From positions 1 through 43,925 of the forward strand of contig JAADGS010000032.1 in NCBI GenBank assembly GCA_013152275.1: a stretch of 43,925 nt of DNA. Reading direction: 5' to 3'. Positions within the stretch are counted from its first letter, which is position 1. Each line of letters begins with the position of its first letter. Below the pieces are notes generated by a model. It was not told the origin of the DNA. It saw nothing but the letters and a program-made list of their open reading frames with translations, and ran no database searches. The position numbers and the translations under genes are program-made. The DNA is from Actinomycetota bacterium (lineage in GTDB: Bacteria > Actinomycetota > Acidimicrobiia > Spongiisociales > UBA4744). Below, piece by piece: positions 1-8,907 of the stretch.

Positions 1-2
1 GG

Positions 3-461
3 CTTCGTGCTCGGACATTCGGGCGGGTCCGAATCGAGTTCATCACGTCGGTGCACACGTCGGATCGACCCACCGATGTCGTCAACACCCCAACCGGGAC
101 GATGCGTGTCTCCACCCCGGAAGCCACCGTGCTCGATCTCGTTTCCTTCCCCAATGCGAGTGGGGCCTTGTTCAACGTGGCGACGATCATCGGCGACATG
201 CTGGGTGAGGATGCTCTCGATGTTGGCCGGCTCGCCGAGGTCGCCTCCGGCTATCCGGCGTCGATTGTGCAACGCACCGGATGGCTCCTCGATTACATGG
301 CCGGGCAGGTCGACGTGGAAGTCGACACCGAACCGCTGGTCCCCGTTGCGTCCACGCGGACCACGCCCACTCTGTTGGACCCCGGCCACGGGCGATCCGG
401 GAACCTCGATCGGCGCTGGAACGTGATCGTCGCCGAGTACCCGGACGAGGAGTCGTCGTGA
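3..461 (+). CDS. Type IV TA antitoxin AbiEi, C-terminal part (5'-truncated by the window edge)
   Basis: Frame is open from position 3. Contains RVSTPEATVLDL, QRTGWLLD and LDRRWNVI, typical of AbiEi C-terminal domains. Stop overlaps the next start (GTGA 458-461). Confidence 0.8.
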   Translation, partial: LRARTFGRVRIEFITSVHTSDRPTDVVNTPTGTMRVSTPEATVLDLVSFPNASGALFNVATIIGDMLGEDALDVGRLAEVASGYPASIVQRTGWLLDYMAGQVDVEVDTEPLVPVASTRTTPTLLDPGHGRSGNLDRRWNVIVAEYPDEESS

Positions 462-826
462 TCCCCCAAGCGGCAATCACCGAATGGGGCCGCACCGTGC
501 CGTGGCCGACGGTGGAGCAGATCGCGCAGGACCTGGTGCTGTCCCGGCTCATCGTCGAGATTGCCAACGACGACTATCTCGGTGACGAGCTGGTGTTCCG
601 AGGGGGCACCTGTTTGCACAAGCTCTATGCACCTGCGCCAGTGCGGTGCAGCGAGGACCTCGACTACGTCCGCAGCACCGGCGGCGGGATTCGCGAACTC
701 ACCCGAGCCGGTTTGGAAAGCGCGATGGACCTATATGCTGTAAAACTATCGGTTAGCGATAGGTTTGCAGCTATGATGTGTGATCATGGCTACGTTTACA
801 CGGCCTCCGATCGGAGCCCGGCTTAG
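458..826 (+). pseudogene. Truncated AbiEii/AbiGii nucleotidyltransferase toxin (homology ends near 709)
   Basis: MIPQAAITEW...EQIAQDLVLSR...LVFRGGTCLHKLY...RCSEDLDYV is a typical AbiEii N-terminus. After about 84 aa the frame runs into AT-richer promoter DNA and stops at 826. Confidence 0.8.
737..777 (+). promoter_or_regulatory. Inverted-repeat operator plus -10 box of the abiE operon
   Basis: GCTGTAAAACTATCG-gttag-CGATAGGTTTGCAGC (15-bp arms, 13/15 complementary). TATGAT at 772-777 lies 8 nt before ATG 786, with no SD. Confidence 0.7.
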
Positions 827-1412
827 CGCTGTGGCTGAGTCGCAGCAAGGCTATTTCACTCGTGCCCAGGCGGTTCGTGAGTGTGTCGGCGATATGGCAC
901 TGCAGCGTGCCCTGAAGAGTGGAGCTATCGAGCGGCTCGACTACGGCGTCTACCGGATCGCTGGGGCCGGCTACGACCCCCATCAGCAGCTTCGGGCGGC
1001 GTGGCTTCGGCTCACCCCAGAGCTGTCGGCCCGGGAACGGACCCTCAGGCCTCATCTCTGGGTGTCGCATCGGTCGGCGGCGGGCCTGTTTGATCTGGGG
1101 GTCGCCATCGCCGACGTACCGGAGTTCATCTCCGACCGACGTCTCCAGGCTCGGGCGAACGTCAAGATCCACCTCCGGTCACGTGGTCTGAAGAGGGAGG
1201 AGTGGACGGTGTACGACGGGTTTGCAGTCACGACGCCGGCGCGGACCATTGCTGACCTCGCGGCCGATCACATGGACGGCGGACATTTGGGACGTATCGC
1301 TTCCGAGGCGCTGGCGAGAGGTCTGACCACAGAAGCCGAAGTGGAGGAAGCTCTGGAGGGAAGGGTTGACCTTGCCGCGATTCTGGAGCTGGCAACGGGG
1401 AAGATGCGGTGA
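786..1412 (+). CDS. abiEi: Type IV TA antitoxin AbiEi (N-terminal wHTH)
   Basis: AESQQGYFTRAQA, ERLDYGVYR, VSHRSAA and VTTPARTIADL motifs. GTGA-coupled to the toxin. Confidence 0.88.
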   Translation: MATFTRPPIGARLSAVAESQQGYFTRAQAVRECVGDMALQRALKSGAIERLDYGVYRIAGAGYDPHQQLRAAWLRLTPELSARERTLRPHLWVSHRSAAGLFDLGVAIADVPEFISDRRLQARANVKIHLRSRGLKREEWTVYDGFAVTTPARTIADLAADHMDGGHLGRIASEALARGLTTEAEVEEALEGRVDLAAILELATGKMR

Positions 1413-2311
1413 TGACTCCAGCCGAGGGCGTCCCCTATGTGTCGGCGAGGGATTTCGAACGTGCACTGACCGATCGGATCGCCAACGTCGCGGCCTCATC
1501 GCCCCACGGGGTCGCCGAACTTCGCCGCCAGTTCGCCTACGGACGTCTGCTGGCGAGGCTGTTCATCCGGCAGCCGGAGCGGTGGGTGTTGAAAGGAGCC
1601 ACCGGTCTGCTTGCCCGTCTACCTCTCCGAGCGCGTCACAGCATCGACGTCGACCTGTACTACGAGGGCGAGATCGACGCGGCGCTTGCTGCGTTGCGCG
1701 ACGCGACGGAGGCCGATCTTGGCGACTTCTTCACCTTCGACGTCGAACGCGGAGCGAGTCTCGGCAGAGAGACGGCCGGGATCCAAGTTCGAGTGACCGC
1801 CTACCTCGGGGACAAGGTCTTCGAGACGTTCAGAGTCGATGTGGTCGCGGATCGCACCATGACGGCTGAGCCCGATCTGATCCCACCAATCGAGCCGGTC
1901 GAGATACCTGGACTGCGCAACGCTGTGTACCGCGCTCACCCCATCCCGGACCAGATTGCCGACAAGCATGCGGCAATGATCGGTACTTACGCCGGTCGGC
2001 CCAGTACCCGCTACCGCGACCTTGTCGATCTCGTGCTGATCGCGACCACCCAGACTGTCTCGGCTACCGCCCTCCATGCGGCTCTGGTCAGTGAGCATCG
2101 CCGCCGGGGCATGACCCCGTGCCTGCCGTTCTCGCTACCATCGGACGAGTGGCAGCAGGGCTACCGGAAGATCGCAACCACCGTTCCCGGCTTCGCAGTC
2201 CTCGACGCTACCGAGGCCACCGAGATCGTGAGCCGCCTCGTCGACCCGGTGATCGCCGGACTGACCAGGGGAACCTGGGATCCTGATGGCCTGAAGTGGG
2301 GGTCGCCGTGA
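1409..2311 (+). CDS. abiEii: Type IV TA toxin, AbiEii/MenT-like nucleotidyltransferase
   Basis: RLLARLF, WVLKGA, RHSIDVDL, IADKHAA and STRYRDLVDL motifs; 300 aa. Confidence 0.88.
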   Translation: MMTPAEGVPYVSARDFERALTDRIANVAASSPHGVAELRRQFAYGRLLARLFIRQPERWVLKGATGLLARLPLRARHSIDVDLYYEGEIDAALAALRDATEADLGDFFTFDVERGASLGRETAGIQVRVTAYLGDKVFETFRVDVVADRTMTAEPDLIPPIEPVEIPGLRNAVYRAHPIPDQIADKHAAMIGTYAGRPSTRYRDLVDLVLIATTQTVSATALHAALVSEHRRRGMTPCLPFSLPSDEWQQGYRKIATTVPGFAVLDATEATEIVSRLVDPVIAGLTRGTWDPDGLKWGSP

Positions 2312-2652
2312 TCCCCGAGATCGATCTCGTTCGGATCCGACGGTGGGTCGATGCCCGCAACGCCAACCTACCTGAGCGCGCTCGTGGCCTCGTTCGTTAT
2401 GAACTCGACGTGACCGACCGAACCGTCACCATCTTGGAATGCCGTCCACCGTGGCAATCCGACTACGGGCCGGAGTGGACCCGGTTCCCCGTTGCCCGAC
2501 TCCGCTACACGAAGACGAGAAGCGAATGGCTGCTCTACTGGCGAGATCGGAACCTCAAGTTCCACAAGTACGATCCGGTGCCGCCGACCCCTCACGTGGA
2601 CCGCCTCATTGCCGAGATCGAGAGCGACCCGACCGCCATCTTCTGGGGATGA
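2308..2652 (+). CDS. DUF3024 family protein
   Basis: TILECRPPW...WTRFPVARLRY...W.LYWRDRNLKFHKY...DPTAIFWG signature. GTGA overlap with the toxin stop. Confidence 0.85.
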   Translation: MIPEIDLVRIRRWVDARNANLPERARGLVRYELDVTDRTVTILECRPPWQSDYGPEWTRFPVARLRYTKTRSEWLLYWRDRNLKFHKYDPVPPTPHVDRLIAEIESDPTAIFWG

Positions 2653-2676
2653 CCTCCCCGAGTCCCTTACCCCGAT

Positions 2677-2700
2677 TCTTCTAACGGATCTTCTAACGGA
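2677..2700 (+). repeat. Perfect 12-bp tandem direct repeat (TCTTCTAACGGA x2), candidate integrase arm-type sites
   Basis: Seen directly; lies about 115 bp inside the tRNA-derived att remnant. Confidence 0.6.
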
Positions 2701-2816
2701 TGGGGCGATATGAGGGATTATCCACAGGTACGAGCTAACACGCCCATTGCGAGAAACCCCTGGCAGCGGGCACTATTGAGCACCAACGAGAACCAACCAG
2801 CACCCTTTGAAAGCAA

Positions 2817-2849
2817 CTCATAACCCGAAGGTCGCGAGTTCGAATCCTG
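2817..2849 (+). mobile_element. Degenerate 3' fragment of tRNA-Met (CAT), attR-like boundary of an integrated element
   Basis: CTCATAACCCGAAGGTCGCGAGTTCGAATCCTG gives anticodon loop, variable loop and T arm. No 5' half, no CCA end, mismatched T stem. Confidence 0.75.
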
Positions 2850-2879
2850 TTGGACAACCCCCGGTCGCACTGCCGTGTG

Positions 2880-3150
2880 CGTATGGAGCGGCCGGCACGC
2901 TTCGACGTCTTCCGATACCGACCTTCTCCCGATGACCCTGGCCGTCATCAGGTCGAGCAGCCTGTTGCGTGTCGGCGACGTACCCGTAGAGGGTCATCGT
3001 TCCGTCCTCGAGTCTCGACGTCAGTTTGGGCATCGACAGTCCCACGACCCCTCCATCGTCGGCGAGCGTGATCGCGATGTCGACGACCTGGTCCGCGGTG
3101 AGCAAGGGTGGGCGTCGCACTTTGGGACGGCGGTCGTCTTCACTGCCACC
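2880..3150 (-). pseudogene. Frameshifted TetR-family regulator remnant (approximate ends)
   Basis: RRPPLLTADQVVDIAITLADDGGVVGLSMPKLTSRLEDGTMTLYGYV (TetR HTH) continues as LLDLMTARVIG in another frame. Confidence 0.7.
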
Positions 3151-3327
3151 GGGTGTTATCGGTGTGTCCGTTCTGTGTTGGTCGCTCGTCCAGCACGATC
3201 TGAGAACGTTTTCGAAACGGGGATCAAGATGGAAACTGCGGTCGATCGGCTCGGGCCGCTGCCCACGTCCGCATTGCGACAACCGTCCGACTTGAATGCC
3301 GAGTGGAAGTTTCATGGGGAGAGGGAC

Positions 3328-4344
3328 ATGGGCTACAGGCGGGTCGTGATCACCGAGTTCGGCGGACCGGACGTCCTCGAGGTTGTTGAAGAAGCTGTCC
3401 TCCCCGAGCCGGGTCCGGGTGAGGTGCGCGTGAAGGTGCAGGCGACCAGCGCCTGTTTCACCGACACGATGGTTCGCAAGGGCGTCTACTACGGCCTGAA
3501 GCAGAAACCGCCGTTCTCTCCGGGCTATGACCTGGTCGGCGTGGTGGACAAGCTGGGTGAGGATGTCACCAAGTTCGAGGTCGGGGAAGCGGTGGCCGAT
3601 CTTACGGTCTGGGGTGCCTACGCAGAATACATCTGTCGATCGGAGCGATCTCTGGTTCCCGTGCCCGCCGGATTGGATCCGAGCGAAGCGGTCAGTCTCG
3701 TGTTGTCGTACGTCACGGCCCACCAAATGTTGCATCGTTCGGCACACATGCAGCGCGGGCAGAGCATCCTGGTTCACGCCGCCGGCGGGGCAGTCGGCAC
3801 GGCGTTGCTCCAACTGGGAAGACTGGCGGGTTTGCAGATGTACGGGACGGCCTCGGAACCCAAGCACGACTTGGTCGCCGAGCTGGGGGCAACCCCTATC
3901 GACTATCGGAGTGAAGACTTCGTTGCCCGCGTCCGGGCGTTGACCGGTCAGGGTGTGGACGCTGTCTTCGATGCCATCGGCGGAGACAACTTCAAGCGGT
4001 CCCTCGCGTCACTCGGGCCAGGCGGCAAGCTCGTCGCCTACGGTTTCTACGACAGTGCCATGGGCAGAGGCGGCAGCGTCCCTCTCGAGTTCATGCGGGT
4101 TGTGTTGTGGAACTTCCTCCCGAACCGCCGCTCGACGGCTTTCTACCAGATCGGTGCGCTGCGCAAGAAACACCCGGACTGGTTCCGCGAGGACCTGACC
4201 GCGCTCTTCGACCTGTTGGTGCAGGGCAAGATCAGACCGGTCATCGCGAAACGGATGGAGCTGGAGGAGGCCGCGCAGGCGCACCGACTCGTCGAGCAGG
4301 CCGCCGTGCAGGGCAGGATCGTGCTGGTCGTCGACGCAAATTGA
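3328..4344 (+). CDS. Medium-chain dehydrogenase/reductase (quinone oxidoreductase-like MDR)
   Basis: FGGPDVL, PGPGEVRVKV, PGYDLVG, ILVHAAGGAVG and GRIVL motifs. SD-like GGAGAGG before ATG 3328. Confidence 0.9.
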   Translation: MGYRRVVITEFGGPDVLEVVEEAVLPEPGPGEVRVKVQATSACFTDTMVRKGVYYGLKQKPPFSPGYDLVGVVDKLGEDVTKFEVGEAVADLTVWGAYAEYICRSERSLVPVPAGLDPSEAVSLVLSYVTAHQMLHRSAHMQRGQSILVHAAGGAVGTALLQLGRLAGLQMYGTASEPKHDLVAELGATPIDYRSEDFVARVRALTGQGVDAVFDAIGGDNFKRSLASLGPGGKLVAYGFYDSAMGRGGSVPLEFMRVVLWNFLPNRRSTAFYQIGALRKKHPDWFREDLTALFDLLVQGKIRPVIAKRMELEEAAQAHRLVEQAAVQGRIVLVVDAN

Positions 4345-4497
4345 TCCGTCGAGAGGAATCGCAGGGGCCACTCGTCTGACTCGGGGTCCGCCGACGGGGT
4401 GTGACGTGAGACCGGCCGCGTCGACAATCTCCCGGCAGCGAGTTCCCTGCTCGAACAGGTCGAGATCTACCATGCTCGACGGCGTATCGGAGGCAGC

Positions 4498-5394
4498 ATG
4501 ACAATCAGATTCGACAAGGATCTGAATCAGGTCCATATCACCAATGACCGACTTGTCTTGACCGTTGCCACCGGATTCGGCCCTCGTATCACCGCTTTCT
4601 CGGAGGTCGGGTCGACGAATGTGCTTGCCGAGTTGGGTGACGCCGCACTCGATCTTCCCGATGGTCGCTCCTACAAGCTTCATGGCGGCCACCGGCTATG
4701 GATTGCGCCTGAGTCACCCGATGTCACCTACGAGCCCGACGATGAACCCGTGGTCGTGACCGAGGTCGGAGCGGCGCTGCAGGTCGTTGGAACCGGCGGT
4801 GTGACCGTCGGGATAGAGAAGAAGATGATCATCCGTCCGCACGCCGGGCAGAACACCGTCTCCATCGTCCACACACTCACCAACACCGGAGACAAGGCAA
4901 TCGACGTCGCACCGTGGGCGATCACCCAATTGCCCGTCGGTGGTACGGCCCTGATTCCTCTGGCTCGCAAGCCCGTCGACCCGCACGGTTTGCAGGCGAA
5001 CGCTGCGATCGTCGTTTGGCCGTATACCGGCGTGGAAGACAACCCGTTTGTGGTCGAGAACCGGATGATCATGCTCGAGGCCAATCGCACCCGTCCCACC
5101 AAGGTGGGAACGTCGCTGGATCGAGGGTGGCTGGCCTATGTGCGGGACGATTCGGTGTTTGTGAAACGTGCACAACACTCCACCGGTGGCCGTCACGTCG
5201 ACCTGGGCGCAACCGCACAGTGCTATTGCGACTCGCGGTTCGTCGAACTCGAGACACTCGGGTCACTGGCCACGCTTTCCCCGGGTGCTTCCACGTCGCA
5301 CGAGGAAACCTGGGAGTTGCATCGAGTCGATCCCGGCATCGATCCACATGACGTCCCGGAGTTGCTCAAACTCGACGGAGGAATCGCGAAGTGA
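4498..5394 (+). CDS. Hypothetical protein, galactose-mutarotase-like / DUF4380-like fold
   Basis: FGPRI, GGHRLWIAPE, APWAITQ and ELETLG motifs; GGAGG SD. Confidence 0.65.
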   Translation: MTIRFDKDLNQVHITNDRLVLTVATGFGPRITAFSEVGSTNVLAELGDAALDLPDGRSYKLHGGHRLWIAPESPDVTYEPDDEPVVVTEVGAALQVVGTGGVTVGIEKKMIIRPHAGQNTVSIVHTLTNTGDKAIDVAPWAITQLPVGGTALIPLARKPVDPHGLQANAAIVVWPYTGVEDNPFVVENRMIMLEANRTRPTKVGTSLDRGWLAYVRDDSVFVKRAQHSTGGRHVDLGATAQCYCDSRFVELETLGSLATLSPGASTSHEETWELHRVDPGIDPHDVPELLKLDGGIAK

Positions 5395-5469
5395 GCCGCA
5401 TGGAGGACTGAGCGGCAGACGGGATAACATCATGGAACGAAGCGAGATGTGAGGACCGGGGGCGGCGCG

Positions 5470-6291
5470 ATGAAGGACTTCTCGGGCAAGGTGGTGGCTC
5501 TCACAGGTGCCGCGTCGGGGATCGGGCGGGCTCTGGCGGTCCGACTGGGAGAAGAGGGCGCAGATCTCGCGCTCGGCGACGTCGACGAGGCGGGGCTGAA
5601 TGAGACCGCCAAACTCGTCGATCGCAGTCCCAAAGTGACGACCCACGTCGTCGACGTCGGCGATCGGCATGCTGTCGAGGCATTCGCCCTCGCCGTCGAA
5701 CGTCGGCACGGTGGTGTCGACGTCATCGTCAACAATGCGGGTGTGGGCTGCGTGGCAACCGTCGAGGACGCGACCTACGAGGACTTCGACTGGGTCATCG
5801 GTGTCAACCTCTGGGGCGTGATCCATGGTGTCAAGGCGTTCCTTCCTCTCTTAAGGAAGAGGCCGGAAGCGCACATCGTCAACGTGGCGAGTGTCAACTC
5901 ATTCCTTCCCTTTCCGACCAGCGGTCCCTACAACATCTCGAAGTCCGGCGTGGAGGCCTTGTCGGAAACCCTGATGGAGGAGCTGTCGGATACGAACGTC
6001 TCCGTCAGCTGTGTGTACCCGGGGGGTGTCAAGACCAACATCTCGCGTAACGCCCGCCACACGAGTGACGAGGAGAACGTCGAGTTCGAACGCCGGGCGA
6101 TGGCCACTCCCGACCAGGCCGCTCGGCGCATCATTCGTGGTATCAAGAAGGACAGGAAACGAATCGTCGTCGGGGTCGACGCGAAACTCATGGTGATCGC
6201 CAGGCGCCTCAGCCCCCTGGGAACGCTCCGACTGGTGACGTGGGGGTGGCGCCGGACCCTGAAAGGGCGGTCAGGCCATCCGACACCATGA
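5470..6291 (+). CDS. SDR family oxidoreductase
   Basis: TGAASGIG, NNAG and YNISK motifs. Confidence 0.92.
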   Translation: MKDFSGKVVALTGAASGIGRALAVRLGEEGADLALGDVDEAGLNETAKLVDRSPKVTTHVVDVGDRHAVEAFALAVERRHGGVDVIVNNAGVGCVATVEDATYEDFDWVIGVNLWGVIHGVKAFLPLLRKRPEAHIVNVASVNSFLPFPTSGPYNISKSGVEALSETLMEELSDTNVSVSCVYPGGVKTNISRNARHTSDEENVEFERRAMATPDQAARRIIRGIKKDRKRIVVGVDAKLMVIARRLSPLGTLRLVTWGWRRTLKGRSGHPTP

Positions 6292-6325
6292 ACGCGACAC
6301 GGGGGAGCAGGACGGCCCTGGCGGT

Positions 6326-6523
6326 CTGGCGAACGGGGCTCGCTGTCCGCTCACCGGGCTCGCCGAGTCCCTTGGCGCCGAGAACGGGTCCGTCACAGAC
6401 ATCTACCTGCCGGAGCGGCCCGCGCGCAATCTACCTGCGATCCACGTTCCGCTCATCGCCCTCGTGGTGTTCCTCCACGGACGGAACATGTTGGGACGGC
6501 GAAGACGCGGTCACACAGGATGA
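6326..6523 (+). pseudogene. Startless C-terminal remnant of a small membrane protein
   Basis: Frame not in the ORF track reads LANGARCPLTGLAESLGAENGSVTDIYLP...NLPAIHVPLIALVVFLHG, a CPLT-type membrane protein C-terminus. N-terminus is missing. Confidence 0.5.
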
Positions 6524-6717
6524 CATGTAGGTCGGCCATCACGACTTGGCGCGAGACGTTCGAGATTCGACAATCTGCGCGGCCGCTCGTCGGCCGGCGC
6601 GGCCCGGACGGTGACCATGGCTGCGACGGTGTCGACTGATCCCGCATTGAGGTCAGAGGTCCAGGTTCCGTCGTCGGTTCGCCAGGTATGAAACCCGGCC
6701 GTGCTACCTTTTTTGGC

Positions 6718-7482
6718 ATGGTCGTGCGTGTCGAGGATACGGGAGGTCTGGGAACCGTCGAGGTGGAGATCGCCGCCGGCGGGGGACCGGTCACGCCGGC
6801 GAGCAGGGTGATGGCACGGGCGGTGGGCCGCTGTCGGGATCTCCTTGTCGGCGTCGGCATCGACTGGGGCACGGGTACCGGGCTCCTCTCCATCGCCGCG
6901 GCCCGTATCCCCGCGGTGACGTCGATCATCGCCATCGAACGGGATCCCGAGGCGGTGGCGAACGCTCGCCGCAACGTCGCCCGCAACGGTGTTGCCGACC
7001 GAGTCACCGTCGTTCGGGCCGACCACTTCACTCCCTACGACCCAGGCGACCGGGATCTGCTCGAGCGGCTGGTCGGCGGTGTCGACTTCCTCGTTGCCAA
7101 CCCGCCGGCTTCCGACGACGGGGACGGGCTGGAGTGGCGGCGCCGGGTCCTCGACGGCGCCCGGCCGTTTCTGAAACCCGGCGCGGTTGTTCTTCTTCAG
7201 GTGTCGTCCCACTACGGAGAGGAGCGGATCAAGGGCCTTGCCGACGTCGGCGGCTACCGGTTCGTCGAGACGGTGGAACGCTCCTCGTGGGTGCCGTTCG
7301 ACCTCTCCCGTGAAGATCTGCGCCGGGCTCTCGACGTCTACGTCGCAGAAGAGCGCCGGGGTGGCCGCCCTTACGAGTTCCATCTTGCCGACGGGTCCGT
7401 GATCGACGCCCGACAGGTCGCCGCCGGGGTGGGCCCTCCACTCACGAGCTGGCAGGCCCACCGTTTCGAACGTACCGGCTGA
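6718..7482 (+). CDS. Class I SAM-dependent methyltransferase (HemK/PrmC-like NPP motif)
   Basis: IDWGTGTG motif I, IAIERD and LVANPPAS. The start could be 6688. Confidence 0.8.
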   Translation: MVVRVEDTGGLGTVEVEIAAGGGPVTPASRVMARAVGRCRDLLVGVGIDWGTGTGLLSIAAARIPAVTSIIAIERDPEAVANARRNVARNGVADRVTVVRADHFTPYDPGDRDLLERLVGGVDFLVANPPASDDGDGLEWRRRVLDGARPFLKPGAVVLLQVSSHYGEERIKGLADVGGYRFVETVERSSWVPFDLSREDLRRALDVYVAEERRGGRPYEFHLADGSVIDARQVAAGVGPPLTSWQAHRFERTG

Positions 7483-7689
7483 AAGCCGTCCTGGCCTGAT
7501 GCCTCCGCCAAAGGAAGGCGACCACCCGAAGTCGGCATCGCGCCGAAGAGCATCGGTGCGGGATGAGTCGGCGCCCCAGCCGGCTACTCCGTGGTATTTG
7601 GCGTATCTTCGCCGGCATCCAGGCCGCCGGACACAGCGCCGTGGCCGGATATAGGCGTGTCACCGTGGTGGTAGTCGTCGTTGACCTCA

Positions 7690-8907
7690 TCAGATGAGTA
7701 CGTCTCTCAGGGCTCGACGGGGGCTTGGGCGGGCCTCGCGGTCTGCGTATCCGACGCGAAACGCGACCAGGGGCTGTAGCGCGTCGCCACCCACGAGTTG
7801 TTCGAGGGCATTGCCGAAGGTGGGGGCGAGGCCAAGCTGAAGTTCGCGGTCGGCGCGTTCGGTGAGCTGGTTCATGTGCTGGAGGGCGATGCCGTTCTCG
7901 GTGGCAGCGAGATGGATGCGTTGAAGGGTGCGGCCACCGATCAGCCGCGACTCGGTGGCCGCAGCGTCGGGCACCAGGATGATCCCGTAGGCGGCGGCGG
8001 TCACAACCTGGGTGTCGCGCAACGCCATGAGCCAGTAGTCGTCGTTTCGCTGCCGCGAACCGGCGGGGAGCATCTTGGCGATGGCCGTTCGCAGGACGGA
8101 CATTCCCTGGGCATCGAGGGTGATGCCGTCTCGCTGAGCTTGGATGTCGTCCCACGAGTGCCGGAACCATTTGGCGGAGGCTGCTGATTGCTCCAGATCG
8201 GCAATGAGCGCCTCGGTGGCCGCCACGAGGAGCTCACCGTAGCGGTCGGCATCGGAGCCGATCAGCCATCGGACTTTCACACCGTCGAGTTCGCCGAGGC
8301 CGGCGATGTCTTCGAGCAGCCCAGGATCGATCCGTGCACTCGTGTAGCCGGATCGGTTGGTGTGGCGGCCCGGAATCATCCGGTAGAGGCCGGATCGGTC
8401 TGCAGGCGCCGCCACGAGCGTGATGCGGGCGGTCCGATCAGGCTGAGACCGATCGGGCCGATAGGTGATCTGTGGTGCGAAGCCTTCGGCGCGGGCGGTC
8501 AACATCAGGTTCTCGATCGCACAGCCCAGACTCACAACCGATTCACGAGTGAGAGGGTCGATGGCACCGAGAAACCGGGAGCGATCGGCGATGACATCGA
8601 TCCGGTCTGGCCGTACCTCGAATAACCAGGGTTGGCTGTCGTGCGCGTTGGCGGCCAGGATGGCTCCGGCGACCAGGGCTTCGAGTCCGCTGCGATCGGC
8701 GAAGTCGGCCCATGGCGCATATGCCTGCCCCGTGCCGGTGGCGAACACGCCCTGATCGACGGCTCGGTATCCCAGCGTGGTAGCTCCCAGCACCGCGATG
8801 GCACCGGCCACCCGAGCCAGAAACGCTCTGCGGGTCATCCCGGGATGCTCCTCGCCGGTGTCACCGGGTTTCGGCGTGGCGCAGCCTGACTCTTCGTCGA
8901 GCGGCAT
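7690..8907 (-). CDS. Acg-family FMN-binding nitroreductase-like protein with twin-arginine N-terminus
   Basis: TRRAFL followed by a hydrophobic stretch; LAANAHDSQPW, SLGCAIENL, RHTNR and SPRR motifs. Start overlaps the TetR stop (TGATG). Confidence 0.85.
   Translation of the reverse strand: MPLDEESGCATPKPGDTGEEHPGMTRRAFLARVAGAIAVLGATTLGYRAVDQGVFATGTGQAYAPWADFADRSGLEALVAGAILAANAHDSQPWLFEVRPDRIDVIADRSRFLGAIDPLTRESVVSLGCAIENLMLTARAEGFAPQITYRPDRSQPDRTARITLVAAPADRSGLYRMIPGRHTNRSGYTSARIDPGLLEDIAGLGELDGVKVRWLIGSDADRYGELLVAATEALIADLEQSAASAKWFRHSWDDIQAQRDGITLDAQGMSVLRTAIAKMLPAGSRQRNDDYWLMALRDTQVVTAAAYGIILVPDAAATESRLIGGRTLQRIHLAATENGIALQHMNQLTERADRELQLGLAPTFGNALEQLVGGDALQPLVAFRVGYADREARPSPRRALRDVLI

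Noticed and set aside
2718..2726. Perfect DnaA box TTATCCACA
   Set aside because: Single copy with no box cluster, dnaA or unwinding element; not an origin.
2790..2865. Complete tRNA-Met gene
   Set aside because: No acceptor or D arm, mismatched T stem and no CCA; only a 3' fragment.
2875..3327. 151-aa N-terminal extension of the MDR ORF
   Set aside because: Antisense to the TetR remnant; MDR homology and the SD begin at 3328.
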